Shown here piece after piece: positions 26,006 to 39,293 of a DNA stretch of 64,000 nt (its first letter is position 1; each line of letters opens with the position of its first letter). This DNA is from Octopus sinensis. Lineage: Eukaryota. The notes beneath the pieces are model-generated. The model searched no databases. It had not been told where the DNA came from and saw only the letters and a program-made list of their open reading frames with translations. Both the position numbers and the translations under genes were made by a program. The DNA is taken from the NCBI RefSeq assembly GCF_006345805.1, contig NC_042999.1, positions 84,196,001 through 84,260,000 on the forward strand, in the 5' to 3' direction.

Positions 26006-26007
<2 letters not shown>
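24810..26007. mobile_element. PLE-like insertion with 204-bp inverted pseudo-LTRs (24881-25084 and 25804-26007)
   Basis: Arms are reverse complements with one mismatch seen; each carries a hammerhead; both outer ends abut (TA)n. Confidence 0.8.
25894..25971 (+). ncRNA. Type I hammerhead ribozyme (mirror copy on minus strand at 24917-24994)
   Basis: Stem I GCGG/CCGC; CTGAAGA; stem II (A.C)GGCC/GGCC with a long ACAGA..TCTGT extension; GAA; palindromic ACATATGT; GUA site. Confidence 0.75.
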
Positions 26008-26059
<52 letters not shown>

Positions 26060-26842
26060 ATACACACACATACGTAACATAGTGGTTTTCAAATATTTTT
26101 GATTTCAATTACTTGACTTGGTTCCATAGCAAATTACTGTTTAAAAATTTTCTATTATATTTTTATGATTGAATACAGAATTATTGGGAATTATATAAAA
26201 AAATTTGTTGAAATACTTTGTGCATTGTAGAAGTATATCCAATTTATTGCACACAGATCGTAACAGCAAAGAATAACTCTTTGCTCTGCAATAAGCTTCA
26301 GCAAGTAGCCTACCCCCAGTGATGAGAAATAAGCACAGTTATTACAATGGAGAATCGGTTTTACAGGCACAATCTGTTAGAGCTGACACTTACTGAACGT
26401 CTGAGACATTAGAGATACATTTTATTGTCACTGAAATCTCGAGTGTTTCATGTCTCTGCAAACAATTCTACATCTACATATATATACTATAAACATCGTA
26501 TTAAGTACCTTTTCGCCTGATTGTATTAATAAAGATATGCCCACACATATAAAATAGGTAATTCAAAATGATATATATCTATGTTGATAGAATGTTTGTT
26601 GAAATACAAAGTGACTCGAGGTTCTTCACTAAGACATTTTTTACCATCATCAGACGTTAAAAACTTAACCCTTTGCAGCAATCTTAAGATAAACATACTA
26701 CAATCTAGATGTGTTGCTTGTATTGCAATAAGTTACCAATAGACTATACAACTAACTGTATTCCATTCGTATATAAACAGTACAACTGAATACACTATAC
26801 ATATACATACATATGCATGTATATATGGTTGTACGTATATAT

Positions 26843-26874
<32 letters not shown>

Positions 26875-26917
26875 ATATATATATATATTAGAAGGTTTGG
26901 AGATGATGTACAGGTAT

Positions 26918-27174
26918 TATATATTAGCAGAAATAAGGTATTCAGAAATCTGGATGGTTTTATATTTACAGATACCTAATAATATGTCACGTTTTTTTTA
27001 TAAATCATATACTAGCGCTTGCGTCCACTCTAGCGGAGCCTTCAGATTGAAGACTCTACTACAGTGGACGCAAGGGCTAATGTATGATTTATGAAAACAT
27101 GTGACATATAAATAAATATCTGTAAATATAAAACCATCCAGATTTTTGAGTACCTTATTACTTCTAATATATAT
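26918..27174. repeat. Imperfect ~257-bp palindrome (arms ~128 bp, centre 27046) in (TA)n
   Basis: AATAAGGTATTCAGAAATCTGGATGGTTTTATATTTACAGATA is mirrored by TATCTGTAAATATAAAACCATCCAGATTTTTGAGTACCTTATT; centre CTTCAG-A-TTGAAG. Confidence 0.9.
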
Positions 27175-27176
27175 AC

Positions 27177-27236
<60 letters not shown>

Positions 27237-27238
27237 AT

Positions 27239-27289
<51 letters not shown>

Positions 27290-27293
<4 letters not shown>

Positions 27294-27510
27294 TCTCAAA
27301 AGCACGAAGAACAAACACAAAAAAATCAACAGCGCGAGGGCGTAGTATATGTAGAGTATTAGCAGGCGCTCAGGGAAGGAAGAAAAGGTAGCTTTTACGT
27401 TTTGAGCAAAGCTCTTCACCAGAAACAAGAGATGGAAGAAAGAAACAAGAGATGAAGAAAGAGAAAAGGATGACGGATGAGTGATCCACATATGATTACA
27501 TTTTGAAATA
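27290..27510 (-). mobile_element. Short repeat with degenerate minimal hammerhead (27392-27425)
   Basis: Minus strand: TTT-CTGGTGA-A-GAG-CTTTG-CTC-AAAAC-GTA-AAA; a related 3' fragment lies at 24231-24290. Confidence 0.5.
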
Positions 27511-27649
27511 TTTATAGAGAGAGAGACAGAGAAAAAACAGTGAGAGACTATCAATACGGGAAAAATGCTTCATAAGCTCTCTGGCGGCATCTCAGGCAAA
27601 TAAATTATGTTAGATTAGTGAACAACTCCTAGTAATCTTTTGGTAGGGT

Positions 27650-27900
27650 TGCAACTTATGGTTTATCACAATTCTATATTGTAAATCCGTGAATGGGAGC
27701 CAGATAAATTGGATTTTACAGAGTAATATATAAGAGACAAGTTTAAAATATTAGTCATTACATATGATTCCTTTATTGGGGCAAGTCTGGCTTACAGCTG
27801 TTTCCAGCAGTCATTATAGGTACATTTCTGATAGGTTTACTCAATTGGTCTATTGATCAAATGAGGTAAATTGAACGAGCTAAGAAAATTAATGCTACTT
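27650..27900 (+). mobile_element. Very decayed R4/Dong-like RT fragment
   Basis: GLLNWSIDQMR*IER resembles IVNWSITEICQLDR of the 46.8-49.6 kb LINE; weak. Confidence 0.3.
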
Positions 27901-28064
27901 TCGACAGATGTAATAAGAAACGGAGTACTTAAGGAATGGCTATTGCATGAAGAGTGCGGGGTAGGACAGGGATGATCAAGTAGATAAAAGAACGGGGGAA
28001 GAGAGGTTACAGGGGGTGGGAATATGTAAGAGAATGTCAGAAGTAGTAGTACTACAAGTACTAC

Positions 28065-28135
<71 letters not shown>

Positions 28136-28313
28136 TGGGTATTGTATTGCCAAACTTGGAAGAGGGACAGTTGTTCCAATAAAGGAGTTATATGTAATGA
28201 CTATTATTTTTCATTGGTTTCTTATATATATGTGTATATATGTATATATGTATATATTTATATATATATTCATATGCATATATATTTCACTCTAGCACTT
28301 GTATATTTCAAAT

Positions 28314-28375
28314 GCTACACTGATGATGAGAAATTAGTAAGTAAATATACTTTAATCTCGAAACGCGTATATGGT
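28314..28375 (+). ncRNA. Minimal type I hammerhead ribozyme
   Basis: GCTACA-CTGATGA-T-GAGA..TCTC-GAAACGCGTA-TATGGT; palindromic ACGCGT stem III as in PLE minimal HHRs; stem I has one mismatch. Confidence 0.7.
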
Positions 28376-28536
28376 TAGTCAGAGTCGTGTAGATTCATTA
28401 TTTTTATTCTTTTTGCTTACGTAAAAAAGTGTGTTACTGTCTGGGAGATTCTTACGGTAGTAGAAAAGGAATTTCTAAATTCGGTATGTGGTGAAGCAAT
28501 TAGCCGACCCCCCCACTAATTATAACTATGTTTATA

Positions 28537-28568
<32 letters not shown>

Positions 28569-29523
28569 GCTTGAGCACACAAATATTTGCATCGTTTACT
28601 TATTTATTTAAATCAAGGTATTGACCTCTACTTTAGTTCTCTGCACGAAGACCTGCCAGTAGATACTGAGACCTGTAGATACAATGGTCGTAGATAGTGA
28701 AACGAGTAACAAAGTGAAAACCAGCTTAAGTATGGATATGTAAAGAAACTGTATCCCATGTTTTGCCTTCTTTATGTACAAAGGTTTGCAAATTAGTTGC
28801 TCTTATCGCTGAATACAAAAGAAAAAGAGAGAGGCACTAACAAAGAGAACAATAATGATAAGAATTAAAGTCCTTTCAGAGAGAGAGACATGTTGGTACA
28901 TGACATTATGATGCTTAAAATGTGGATAGAAAAGGGGCCATGGAATTATGAGAGAGAGGATGAAGTCGCGTTATTGATGACAAGGGGATGGAAATGGTCG
29001 TGGTGACAATGAAATGCAGGAGTAGGAAGGTAGTATTATGATGATCATGATGATGACGGCTATGCTAACGACGACGAGGAAAAGAGGCGATATTGTCAAT
29101 GAGTGTAAGACAAGATGTAAATGCAGATTAAAGGAATATTAACAAGAAATTCAAAACAAAAATAATAATAATAATAAATCCTGATAGATTTAGTGATAAA
29201 GAAGAAAATGCGAAAGAAAAGATCAGGAAGATGCTGTTGATAATGCTGGGTAAACGAGGAAAACATGAAGTAAAGAAGAAGGAGAATTAATCACACATGA
29301 GACGTGGAGACAAGATGATGAGATTTATGAAATATACAAAAATTTAATATATTTTTCAATATCACATATCAAATACATATATATGAATATGTGTTTGTAC
29401 ATTTGTGTGCATTTATATATGTAGATGTGTATTTCTGTGTGTATGCACGTACGGGTGTTTTTGTATTCATATTCACACACATATATATATATATATTTCT
29501 CCCTCTCTCCCCTCTCTCTCACT

Positions 29524-29578
<55 letters not shown>

Positions 29579-29679
29579 TCTGTTTGCATATATATATGTG
29601 CGTACGTGTGTGTGTGTGTGTGAACATTAATATATATTTCTGAGAGAGAGAGAGAGGCAAGCAAATAGAGGGAGATAAA

Positions 29680-29792
29680 TAGATAGATAGACATATAGAG
29701 AGATAGACAGACAGACAGACAGACAGATAGATAGATAGATTGATATATATATAGAGAGAGAGAGATAAATAGATAGATAGATAGATAGATAT

Positions 29793-29875
<83 letters not shown>
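29680..29875. repeat. (TAGA)n/(CAGA)n array (also 34380-34464, 51810-51965, 52950-53100)
   Basis: Direct inspection; source of the IYLSIYLS pseudo-ORFs. Confidence 0.95.
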
Positions 29876-29876
<1 letters not shown>

Positions 29877-30223
29877 GTATATGCGCACCAAAATAGATTT
29901 CGATGAATTTCATTAAACCGTATTTCTGTCGGTAAACACGCATACAGGTGTATTCTTATATACACACCCGCGTATACATCACTGTGGTTAATATAAACGC
30001 ATAAATAATCGTATAGTATAGAAGAGTTAATGTAATTTAACCCTACAAACGATAGAAAATGAGAAACGAAATTTTCTTCAAATCATTTTAAGTGAAGTAA
30101 AACAGAATTCGAAACTAGGGAATATAATGTAGATTGATGCACAAACACATATGGCCTTATATAGACCGAAAGTTATACGCATATATACATACTTACAAAA
30201 ACATATATATTTAAGGAGAGAGA

Positions 30224-30291
<68 letters not shown>

Positions 30292-30440
30292 TTGAGAATA
30301 GTGTGATGCAAACACATTTGAAGAAAATGAAAGCAAAAATGATATTTGGTTATAGTAAAATATGACCACTTGTGTACAAATTTATTACAGGTTAATATTT
30401 ACCAGTGAAAAATTCAGCAACAGAAATAGTAATTGAAATA

Positions 30441-30480
<40 letters not shown>

Positions 30481-30899
30481 CAATTAAAGGTTCAGTGGAG
30501 ATCAATCATTAGTTTTCGGCGTTATGGTGGGGTAAACAAAATTTATCAACGATTTATACGATTCATTTTGGAGAAAAATACTGAAAAAAGAGAAGTGTGT
30601 TATGGGTGTGCAGTTACGCTATACGATATAACAGAGAAGTACTATCTCTGATTTACATCGGAAGCTTGCAGTATCAAAACCGTCACATACTATGAATAAA
30701 GAGTATTTTTAAAACGGTGACGATTAGAAAGAACCTGAAAGAGACTCGGTTATTGAATACTAGTAGAGTAAACCTATTTTAATCGGAATATCTTGTCAAT
30801 GTTTACTAGCAAGATTTCAAAAGGTAATATAAGAAAATATATAAATGGATTTGTTTCATCAAAGCAGAAATAAATCCATTACACAGAAAAAAATTAGTT

Positions 30900-31260
30900 A
30901 ATTTTATGACGAAAATACAACCCGTCTAACATATAATTAAACGATGACTGTGACGGTAAGAATATCATCACAGGTAAACAAGCAGCTGGGAAGAAGTTCA
31001 GGGATATATTCAGCAACTTCTAATTAACAAAAGTGTTGTCAGAGATGCGACAGCATAGAAAATACTCGGTTACTCGCTGATTAGATTACAAAAGAAAAAA
31101 AAGACATCAATAAATCTATTTTGCACCCACCAACCACCTTCTGGATGCTATAGGCTGTTTATCAACAACCTGGCTTTGTTCACGATTGCCATTCTGAAGT
31201 TATATACAATTAGTGATTGTATGTTCACTAAGGGTACACTATCGTTTGTGCATATATCCA
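30900..31260 (+). mobile_element. Decayed RTE-like LINE remnant
   Basis: DGKNIITGK..YIQQLLINKSVV..PT..DAIGCLS..EVI resembles the RTE region upstream of RT; many disruptions. Confidence 0.3.
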
Positions 31261-31349
31261 GGAAACATTCTTTCTGGTTCTGCTTCTAATTTTAGTAGAC
31301 ACATTCTTTTTCTTTTGTTTGTAAGAATATAAGAATACCAACAATGACA

Positions 31350-31700
31350 GGTATAGCTGTAGGATTACGAAGCTCGCTTTGGGGTTCAGTACCATTGCGC
31401 AGCAACTTGGGCACCTGTCTGATTCTATAGCACCACTCAGACAAATACCATGCGTGAATTTGATAAACAGAAACTAAGAGAGCTCTTTATATATTTCTAT
31501 ATGTACGTCTTTATGAATTTCTGATGTGTGTGTCCGTCTCCCCTCCCTTTGACAACCGGTGTTTGTTTATAACCCTGTAAACTAGCGATTCAGCAATATA
31601 AACCGTTCGGATTAATATCAAACATAATAAGTACTGTGGGTCAATTTATTCGAGCAAACCTTTGAATGGATTAGTCGAACAAATAAAAGGAAAAGAAATG
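31350..31700 (+). mobile_element. SINE family B, old near-complete copy
   Basis: tRNA-like head with GGGTTCAGTACC, a CTTGGGCA CORE-like segment, TTGACAACCGGTGTTTG, and an A-rich tail. Confidence 0.6.
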
Positions 31701-33062
31701 TAAGTTATTGGCTCACAGGAGATCAAAAACAAATTGAGCATAATTTGGTGGATGGCATCAGTGAGGAGAAACAACTTGACTGTACAACAACACTCTAATT
31801 GTATATAGAAGCATAATTTCGCTAAGAGAGATGTTCAGACCTGATTGTAAAACGAAGGTAACTACAAATTTGTTTAGCAATATCCTTATCAATGGTTAAT
31901 TTTTTCACCTGTGTCAGAAATAGACGAAATATATACCCTATGATGAAGCTTGTTACAGAAAAATGTCTGCTCATAATATGAAATCCTATAAAGATGTATA
32001 GACCTCTAAACTTATTGTATGTGTTTAATCAATAGTATAAAATGTGTTTGCTGAAACAGCACTAACAATCATTGGGTTAGTCGGCATGGAACCAGAACGT
32101 TCTATATCAGCATTGATATCGACCTCACGTACCTAAAAGGAAAAAGAAGAGTTGCAAATGCGTAACATGGATCGAAACTGCATTTGGATGGCGTATCATA
32201 AATATTTCACATTTATAAACCACTAATCAACCTATGAATAAAATCTGCGTCCATGAGGCAAATATAAAAATGGGAGTAGGAAAGGAACTACTCCAAAACT
32301 ATGCCCTAACTGATAAATAAGACAATAGAATTTGGGGATGTGCTACTGGTGAGAATTTATACATGCTTCTGGAACTTTATAATCAGGTGTGTATATTTAG
32401 GTGTGTCATCTTCAGATTATAGGGACTCACAAAAGAATATAGTAAAACTGAAGGTTGATCAGTCGATGTATCACTAAGTTTAGTTATTGTTGACGTTATT
32501 TGGATAATAATAGGATATTTAATCTTTTGTTTTGAGAATGTGAAGGTTAAAGCTCGGAGTTCAGCCCACCTTTGTAATTAGGTGTGCTTATTTAGACGTG
32601 TCAGCTTTTAGGTAATGGCGTTTTTAAAGGTTCACAAAAGTATGTAACTAGTACATAAGCTATAGTTTGTAGGCAGGCTGGTGTTATTAAGGGTTTTCAC
32701 CTATTTATATTGCGAGGGTGTTACTTATCACTAAAGCATGTCATGGTATTATTTGGTAGAAACTTTTTCAATATTATGTTTTAATGTTCAAAAGAGGAGG
32801 TTGCTAGGTGTAATTGTTTTTGTCCGCATATTTAATTTATCTCATTGTTCTAAAAATTATTTGATTACCATTAAGAAATTTTAACTTTTGCGTTTTAAGC
32901 GCGTACAGATACATGTGTGTGCGTGTGTTTGTGTGTGTGCGCGCGCGCGTGTGTGTGTATGTGTGTATGTGTGTGTGTGTGTATACATGCATATGTATAT
33001 ACACTTATATAAATATATATATATATAAATATATATATGTATATACATCATGCGTGCACATA

Positions 33063-33449
33063 GGAGGGAGGAAGCACTCCGTCGGTTACGACGACGAGGG
33101 TTCCGGTTGATCGGATCAACGGAACAGCCTGCTCGTGAAATTAACGTGTAAGTGGCTGAGCACTCCACAGACACGTGTACCCTTACCGTAGTTCTCGGGG
33201 ATATTCAGCGTGACACAGAGAGTGACAAGGCCGGCCCTTTGAAATACAGGTACAACAGAAACAGGAAGTAAGAGTGAGAGAAAGTTGTGGTGAAAGAGTA
33301 CAGCAGGGATCACCACCTCCCCTGCCGGAGCCTCGTGGAGCTTTAGGTGTTTTCGCTCAATAAACACTCACAACGCCCGGTCTGGGAATCGAAACCGCGA
33401 TCCTACGACCGCGAGTCCACTGCCCTAACCACTGGGCCACTGCGCCTCT
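33063..33449 (-). mobile_element. tRNA-derived SINE (head type A, tail type Y), full length
   Basis: Minus strand: GGCGCAGTGGCCCAGTGGTTAGGGCAGTGGACTCGCGGTCGTAGGATCGCGGTTTCGATTCCCAG; perfect 12-bp TSD TGCGTGCACATA at 33051-33062 and 33450-33461. Confidence 0.9.
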
Positions 33450-34396
33450 TGCGTGCACATACATTCTATATTGTATGTACAATACATAACATAAGAATAT
33501 ATTTATATAAAGTCTGAACGTAATGCAATTTTCTATGCAAGTAGAAAGCGAAGTTTCTTACAACTTCCAAATCGAATTGAATATTAGTGGTGTGAAGACT
33601 GTCCATAAATATTCCAAAGATTCTCCAGTTGAGTTTCTTAAAGTAAATATATGGACATACTTCCACATATGCAAACTACATGAACGTATATAGAACTAAT
33701 TAGTGGATATACACATAGGTGAACTAAAGATATATACGCTCCCATTACATGACTGCAAGTGCATTAAATCGCACATACATATTCTATATATCTGACCTAT
33801 TAGTAGCTGGTTTTAATGGTACCTAGGAAATTTAAATGTCAAAGAAATCATAACATGCATATATATTTTATATAGGCAATACCTAAACGAAACCAGAAGT
33901 TTGCAATAGAATCGAAACAAAAATAATTGAGCAATGGTTTCGTGGAATCAGTCGAAGTATAACGAAATAATATGCATTATTTCGTAGTGTTCCATTAGGT
34001 CAGAAGTTCGAATTTTGAAAAGCCCGATTTGATATGTCTTCACCCTGCAACGGATAGAGTAATTATCCCTCAAGTTTTAAAGTAAATACGATATGGAATT
34101 TCATATCGCCAAGATTATGAACTTGTACGAATGAATAAAGTTGAAAACAAGAAATCCAAAATTGTTTCGTCTTACTTTGTAAATGTATATATCTTCGTTG
34201 ATGTTTGCCCTCGTATTTGACTTCAAATGGCAAAGTAATTGTGAACACAAAACATATACATATACAATCTTTACAGAATTGCTATATTTACCGTTTCCCT
34301 AGTGTCCACTAAAATACAAATATGTGCGGGTGTGTTCTAAGTACTTTAACAAACATTCACTGCATTAATACACTAATACATCTATCTATCTATCTT

Positions 34397-34464
<68 letters not shown>

Positions 34465-36265
34465 CATGCGTGCATGCATCTTTGTGACTGCGAGTGTATG
34501 TGTAAATGTGTGAGTGTGTCTGTGTAATACTTTGTCAGTATTGATATTTTATAGAAGCAACACTACAATTAGATATCTCAAATCTGGAAAAAACCCGAGT
34601 TTATTGTTGTGCAACAAGCTCGCCTCTGAAGCAGCAGGCCATGACACACTGATAGTCTTGGTGTTTTCCGGACGGACACACACACACACACACACACAAT
34701 ACATAACGAAACACACGCGCACATATTCAATCTCTCTATCTCGAAAAGAAATGCTGCGTTGTGGTCAGATCTGGAGATGGCTAGACTCCTCCATCTTTAA
34801 AACGTTCAAAACGAGCCGTATGGTACAACGGCATTTGTACCGAACTTATCAAGAGTTCAGGGCTGAGGTAAGGAGGGAAGTATATGTCTTTATACAGTTT
34901 AGGCGAGCTCGGAGTTACATGGTATATGTACCGGCAAAAATATATATTACTGATGATCAGATATACTTCTATTTAATATTCTATTCATTAAATATGCTTT
35001 CGTCTATGAAACAATTTAAACAATACACGGGTAGATACACATTTAGATAGAAAGCAGAGAAAGCTAGGTAGATTTGCAGACACAACAAGCAAAAAATAAT
35101 GCGTACGTAGCTATGAGAATATGAAAGAGAGGGTTATGCTATCGAGATAGAATATGTGAATATAAGATTCCTTAAATGATAATCTCAAATCAGTCTGTCT
35201 AGTCACGAAACAACTGATCAATAAACAGTTTTTTTCTCAGTTCACCTTTCAACCAGTTTTATTGTGTTTTACGTTTTGTACTTGTATTTATTATTACTAT
35301 TATCAATTTTACTTGTACTGTTGTTGTTTTATTGTAAACTATAATTTCTTTCACATTGTTTTCTTCGGATCAGTAATTGGTTTTCTACATATGTGTGTGT
35401 ATGTGTGTGTGTGTGCGTGCGTTTGTATGCAGATAGTGAGGTAAAAAGAGATAGAAATCTGTGCATACACACACTATATGTCTTTGTCTTATAGATATAT
35501 ATATAAGACATATATGGGGCGGGGATAAGCTCTTCTATTGGACATGTCGCATTGAAAACTTCAATATGACTTATTGGAAACAATTTCCCGTGAAGTTTTA
35601 CGACTACACCAGTCTTTCTTTACTTTCATTATATTATAACCGAAAACAAATTGTCAAAAAATATCTCCATTTCCAGTTTTGCTCACTTATTGACTAAAAG
35701 CTTAACTCATTTTGTTATTTGTTTTCGTTATGTTTCATTTATTATGAAAGGGCTGAGGCTGTAATCTGGTAAGAGTGATGTAGTTAGTATTTTATAAATG
35801 TCTCTACTCTGACGACTGAAAAAAATTATAAACTGTTGGTAAGACGGTTATTTCAAGAGGTTGCAATTATGGTGAAGAAGAATTTATCAAATATTTATAA
35901 CGAATCTTAAACGCGAATAGTATATTACGCTTAATGAGAAGAATAAAAACTGTTGTGTGAAGTAGGACGAGTGAAAGTGTTATTTTAGTAGCAAGTTCTA
36001 GAGAGCCGGGGCCTTTGTCGTCAGTCGCCTTCGATAAGAGGACAACTTGTTTTGCGTTTAGAGGTAGTATTTTTGGAAAGGGAACCGGGGAATACTGCTC
36101 TGGAAGCCTAAAAGAATGTTCTTATCTTCAATATGCGGACCGTCCCAGATGTAGATACTAAATTGTATACAGGGTTTTACTTGAGTGCTGTCGAGAGTCA
36201 GCATCTATTTGAGGATGGGGAAATTGTGAGAGATGTGGACTTCAAGAGTAGTGCCATCGTTATGT

Positions 36266-36585
36266 AAAGGCGCGTAGGTTAGAGGTTAGTGTATTCGGTT
36301 CATGATCGCAATCTCGTGCGTTCGATTGCCGGCGGCACGCTGTGTCCTTGAGCAAGACACTTTATTTTAGATTGCTCCAGTGCACTCAGCTCGCAATAAT
36401 GACTTGTGCCTGTATTTCATAGGGCTAGCTTTGTTGCACTGTGCCACGCTGAAATTTCCTGAAAATTAAGTTAAGGGTACACATGTCTGTGGAGAGCTCG
36501 GTCACTTGCACGTTAATTTCACGAGCAAGTTGTTCCGTTGATCAGATCACCTGAAACCTATGTCGTCGTAACCGACGGGGTGCCA
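36266..36585 (+). mobile_element. tRNA-derived SINE with CORE-like segment (head type B, tail type Y)
   Basis: tRNA-like head, TGTGTCCTTGAGCAAGACACTT, then a tail (GGGTACACATGTCTGTGGAG..CACGTTAATTTCACGAGC..GTCGTCGTAACCGACGG) shared with the 33-kb SINE. Confidence 0.8.
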
Positions 36586-37606
36586 GTTATATTCTTCAGA
36601 TGAAATCAGCAGTAGAGATTGTCAGAGTATGTGACGCATACCATTTTGCATAGGGATTTTGATGTGTCTGTTGTAACGTGGATGCAAAACAAGCATATCA
36701 CTTATACATTTAGAAGTGCTATTTATGAAGCCATCTTTGTTAAGATAAGCTGGGCAAGCATATTCCTCGACTTGGCAGCGATCTTAATATTAAATAGGAA
36801 TATAGGGTTGGTTGCTATTTCTGTTGAGAGTCAATTAAGAAGCTGTCAAATACACGGGTTATCTTTTATATTACAGATTATAATCTTGTAGAAGATATAT
36901 TTGTCATAAAAATACAATAGCTGATCGAAATAACGGTTTTTTTTTCAGGTGTTGCATATTGCATCCTTCGCTTAGACTGTAAACATATAGAAAGCTTTGT
37001 GACTCACAGAGGGATTTGAGGCTAATAAGATTATTGTTTGAGACATGTGAAAAGACATAAGAAGATAATTTTTTGGTTTACTTAGTTGTTTCGGATGGAT
37101 AACAGGTGAAATGTATGTCTTGCAGGGAATATTTAGCGCCGTACCCTCGTCTGTCGATGAATTAATACATTAGATATTTAGCATCGCTCTGCAGCAGTTC
37201 GTAGTTCTGTGAGCTAAATCGAAAAAGACCACTAAATGCCCAGAAAAGCACTAAGTGCCTAAAAAAGCATTAAATGCTCCGATGAGTAAAACAAGAAAAA
37301 GATTAATAATAGAATATCTAATTAGGCTGGGTTTATTTGGAAACACCTGAAAGAGAAATAAATTACCTACCTAAGTTGTTCCTGTTTAGCCTTTGCTCAA
37401 CTCTTATTTTGCATTCCAGCCGTGGTCATAATGAGTTTTATAGGGCTATGGAGGACTGAATTATCTATCGAATGCCATCTTCCGTAATTATGACACTATG
37501 CTATAATTAATTTGAGGAACATTTTACTGCTATTTCTAGCAGGTCTAGCGACCAAACAACCACATAGAACTCTCTCATTTACATAATTGTAGAGTGGGCA
37601 GATGTT

Positions 37607-37693
<87 letters not shown>

Positions 37694-37698
37694 ATATA

Positions 37699-37748
<50 letters not shown>

Positions 37749-39037
37749 GCTACGTGTCAAAATTTAGTAATAAATAAATACGTAAATAATATATAAAACT
37801 TTTTCTCACGTCAAAGTCAGTTACAGTTTATAGTAGATTAAAGATTTGTGAAACGACATTATGATTTTAAGAGGAACTAAATTCGAAATGTAGTGACAAA
37901 CGTGCGTTTTAATGACGTTACTTAAATGCAGTAATTAGAACATTAGAAATGAATAAACATAGTTATAATTCCAGACATTTTCTGCATGACTTATATTGTC
38001 CGATAATCTACATAAGCCAAATGATATTTCAGGTAATGTATTTCTATTCATGACAAATATTTCAAATTTAAGACCATCCCTATATTTAACGTCTTATATA
38101 ACTATGCATTAATGAGACTTTATTTGTGGTGAGCATACAAGGCAATAGACATGTGAGTCCATAGAATAAATGTATAAGATTGTTCTGTTTCTATATGATT
38201 TCATATGCTCTAAAAATCTCATTGGAAACAGGTCTATGAAGCCTACGCTTCTGGATTAAAATACATTTCCGTCGGTTTCAACGATAAGTATCGACCAGTT
38301 CGATAAACTGATCTATTGCACATTGAGTTAATGTGCAAGTACCTCAATACTCATCAGTGCTTTCATCTTACTTCCCGGTCAAAATTAGCATGACAGAGCA
38401 TATAATAAGGCTGAACCTTTGAATTACCAATGCAACCCATTCGACGAAATTCCTCAAGTCTCTTAATACTGGTATAACCGAGGGTACGGGAAATAACATT
38501 ATCCCAAGATGCCAAAAAGTGGGATCGAACCCTGTACCATTACGAACCCATTACGAATCTAACTTTTCAATTATTCGGCCATGCAACAAAAATTTGACTT
38601 TTACTACAATGAAGTTATCTAAAGCATATCTTGGTCACTCGCGATAATATTTAGATAGGAGAGCTTATGGCATTTTCTAACACATAGCCGATATCTTCAG
38701 AAGAGCAAAGTTACTATCATAATCAGTTTTTCCATTGCACAGAATCTTGCTCTCACTGCTGTGTCATATTTCATATGAACTGTATTATCCCATAAAAGGG
38801 ATTTAATATTCAGCTATTTTCCACAAGAAATTTTGTATCCTACTAAAATCAATTAGAATGCAATAACAATTGAGATATTTTGACGTCTTTCTAGACAAAA
38901 ACTCGCCATGTCTTTGAACGATAGAATAGAACTGCTCAACGAGAGCTTGATTTTAGGGGTTGACTTATTGGTTCCAATCATACGGACAAATATTGGTTAA
39001 AGCTGCAATTTAGATCATTTACTGAAGAATAGAACAT

Positions 39038-39293
39038 AGGTGATGTTTATCGCCATCTAAACATAGATGTTCTCTAAGAACACCAGTGTTTATACAATTC
39101 TGCCAAGGAAAGAAAATATATAGAATATAAGTGACGCACAATCATGGATTTATTGCAAGCTGCGATCAACTACTGGTATGTCTAGAAGACAAGAATCCAT
39201 AACCAGCTGGAGAAGGTACTCTCCTGAGGTCAAAATAGAAGTATCATCCGTTCTTGGAGAACGTATATGCTTAGATGGCGATAAACATTACTT
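39038..39293. mobile_element. MITE with ~44-bp TIRs
   Basis: TGATGTTTATCGCCATCTAAACATAGATGTTCTCTAAGAAC pairs with GTTCTTGGAGAACGTATATGCTTAGATGGCGATAAACATTA. Confidence 0.75.

Noticed and set aside
37221-37281. Three ~20-bp tandem units as a CRISPR-like array
   Set aside because: There are no spacers, the context is eukaryotic, and it is an ordinary degenerate minisatellite.
38265-38360. Minus-strand CUGAUGA..GAAACCGACGG hammerhead candidate
   Set aside because: Extra bases separate stem II from GAAA, and there is no UH site or stem I.
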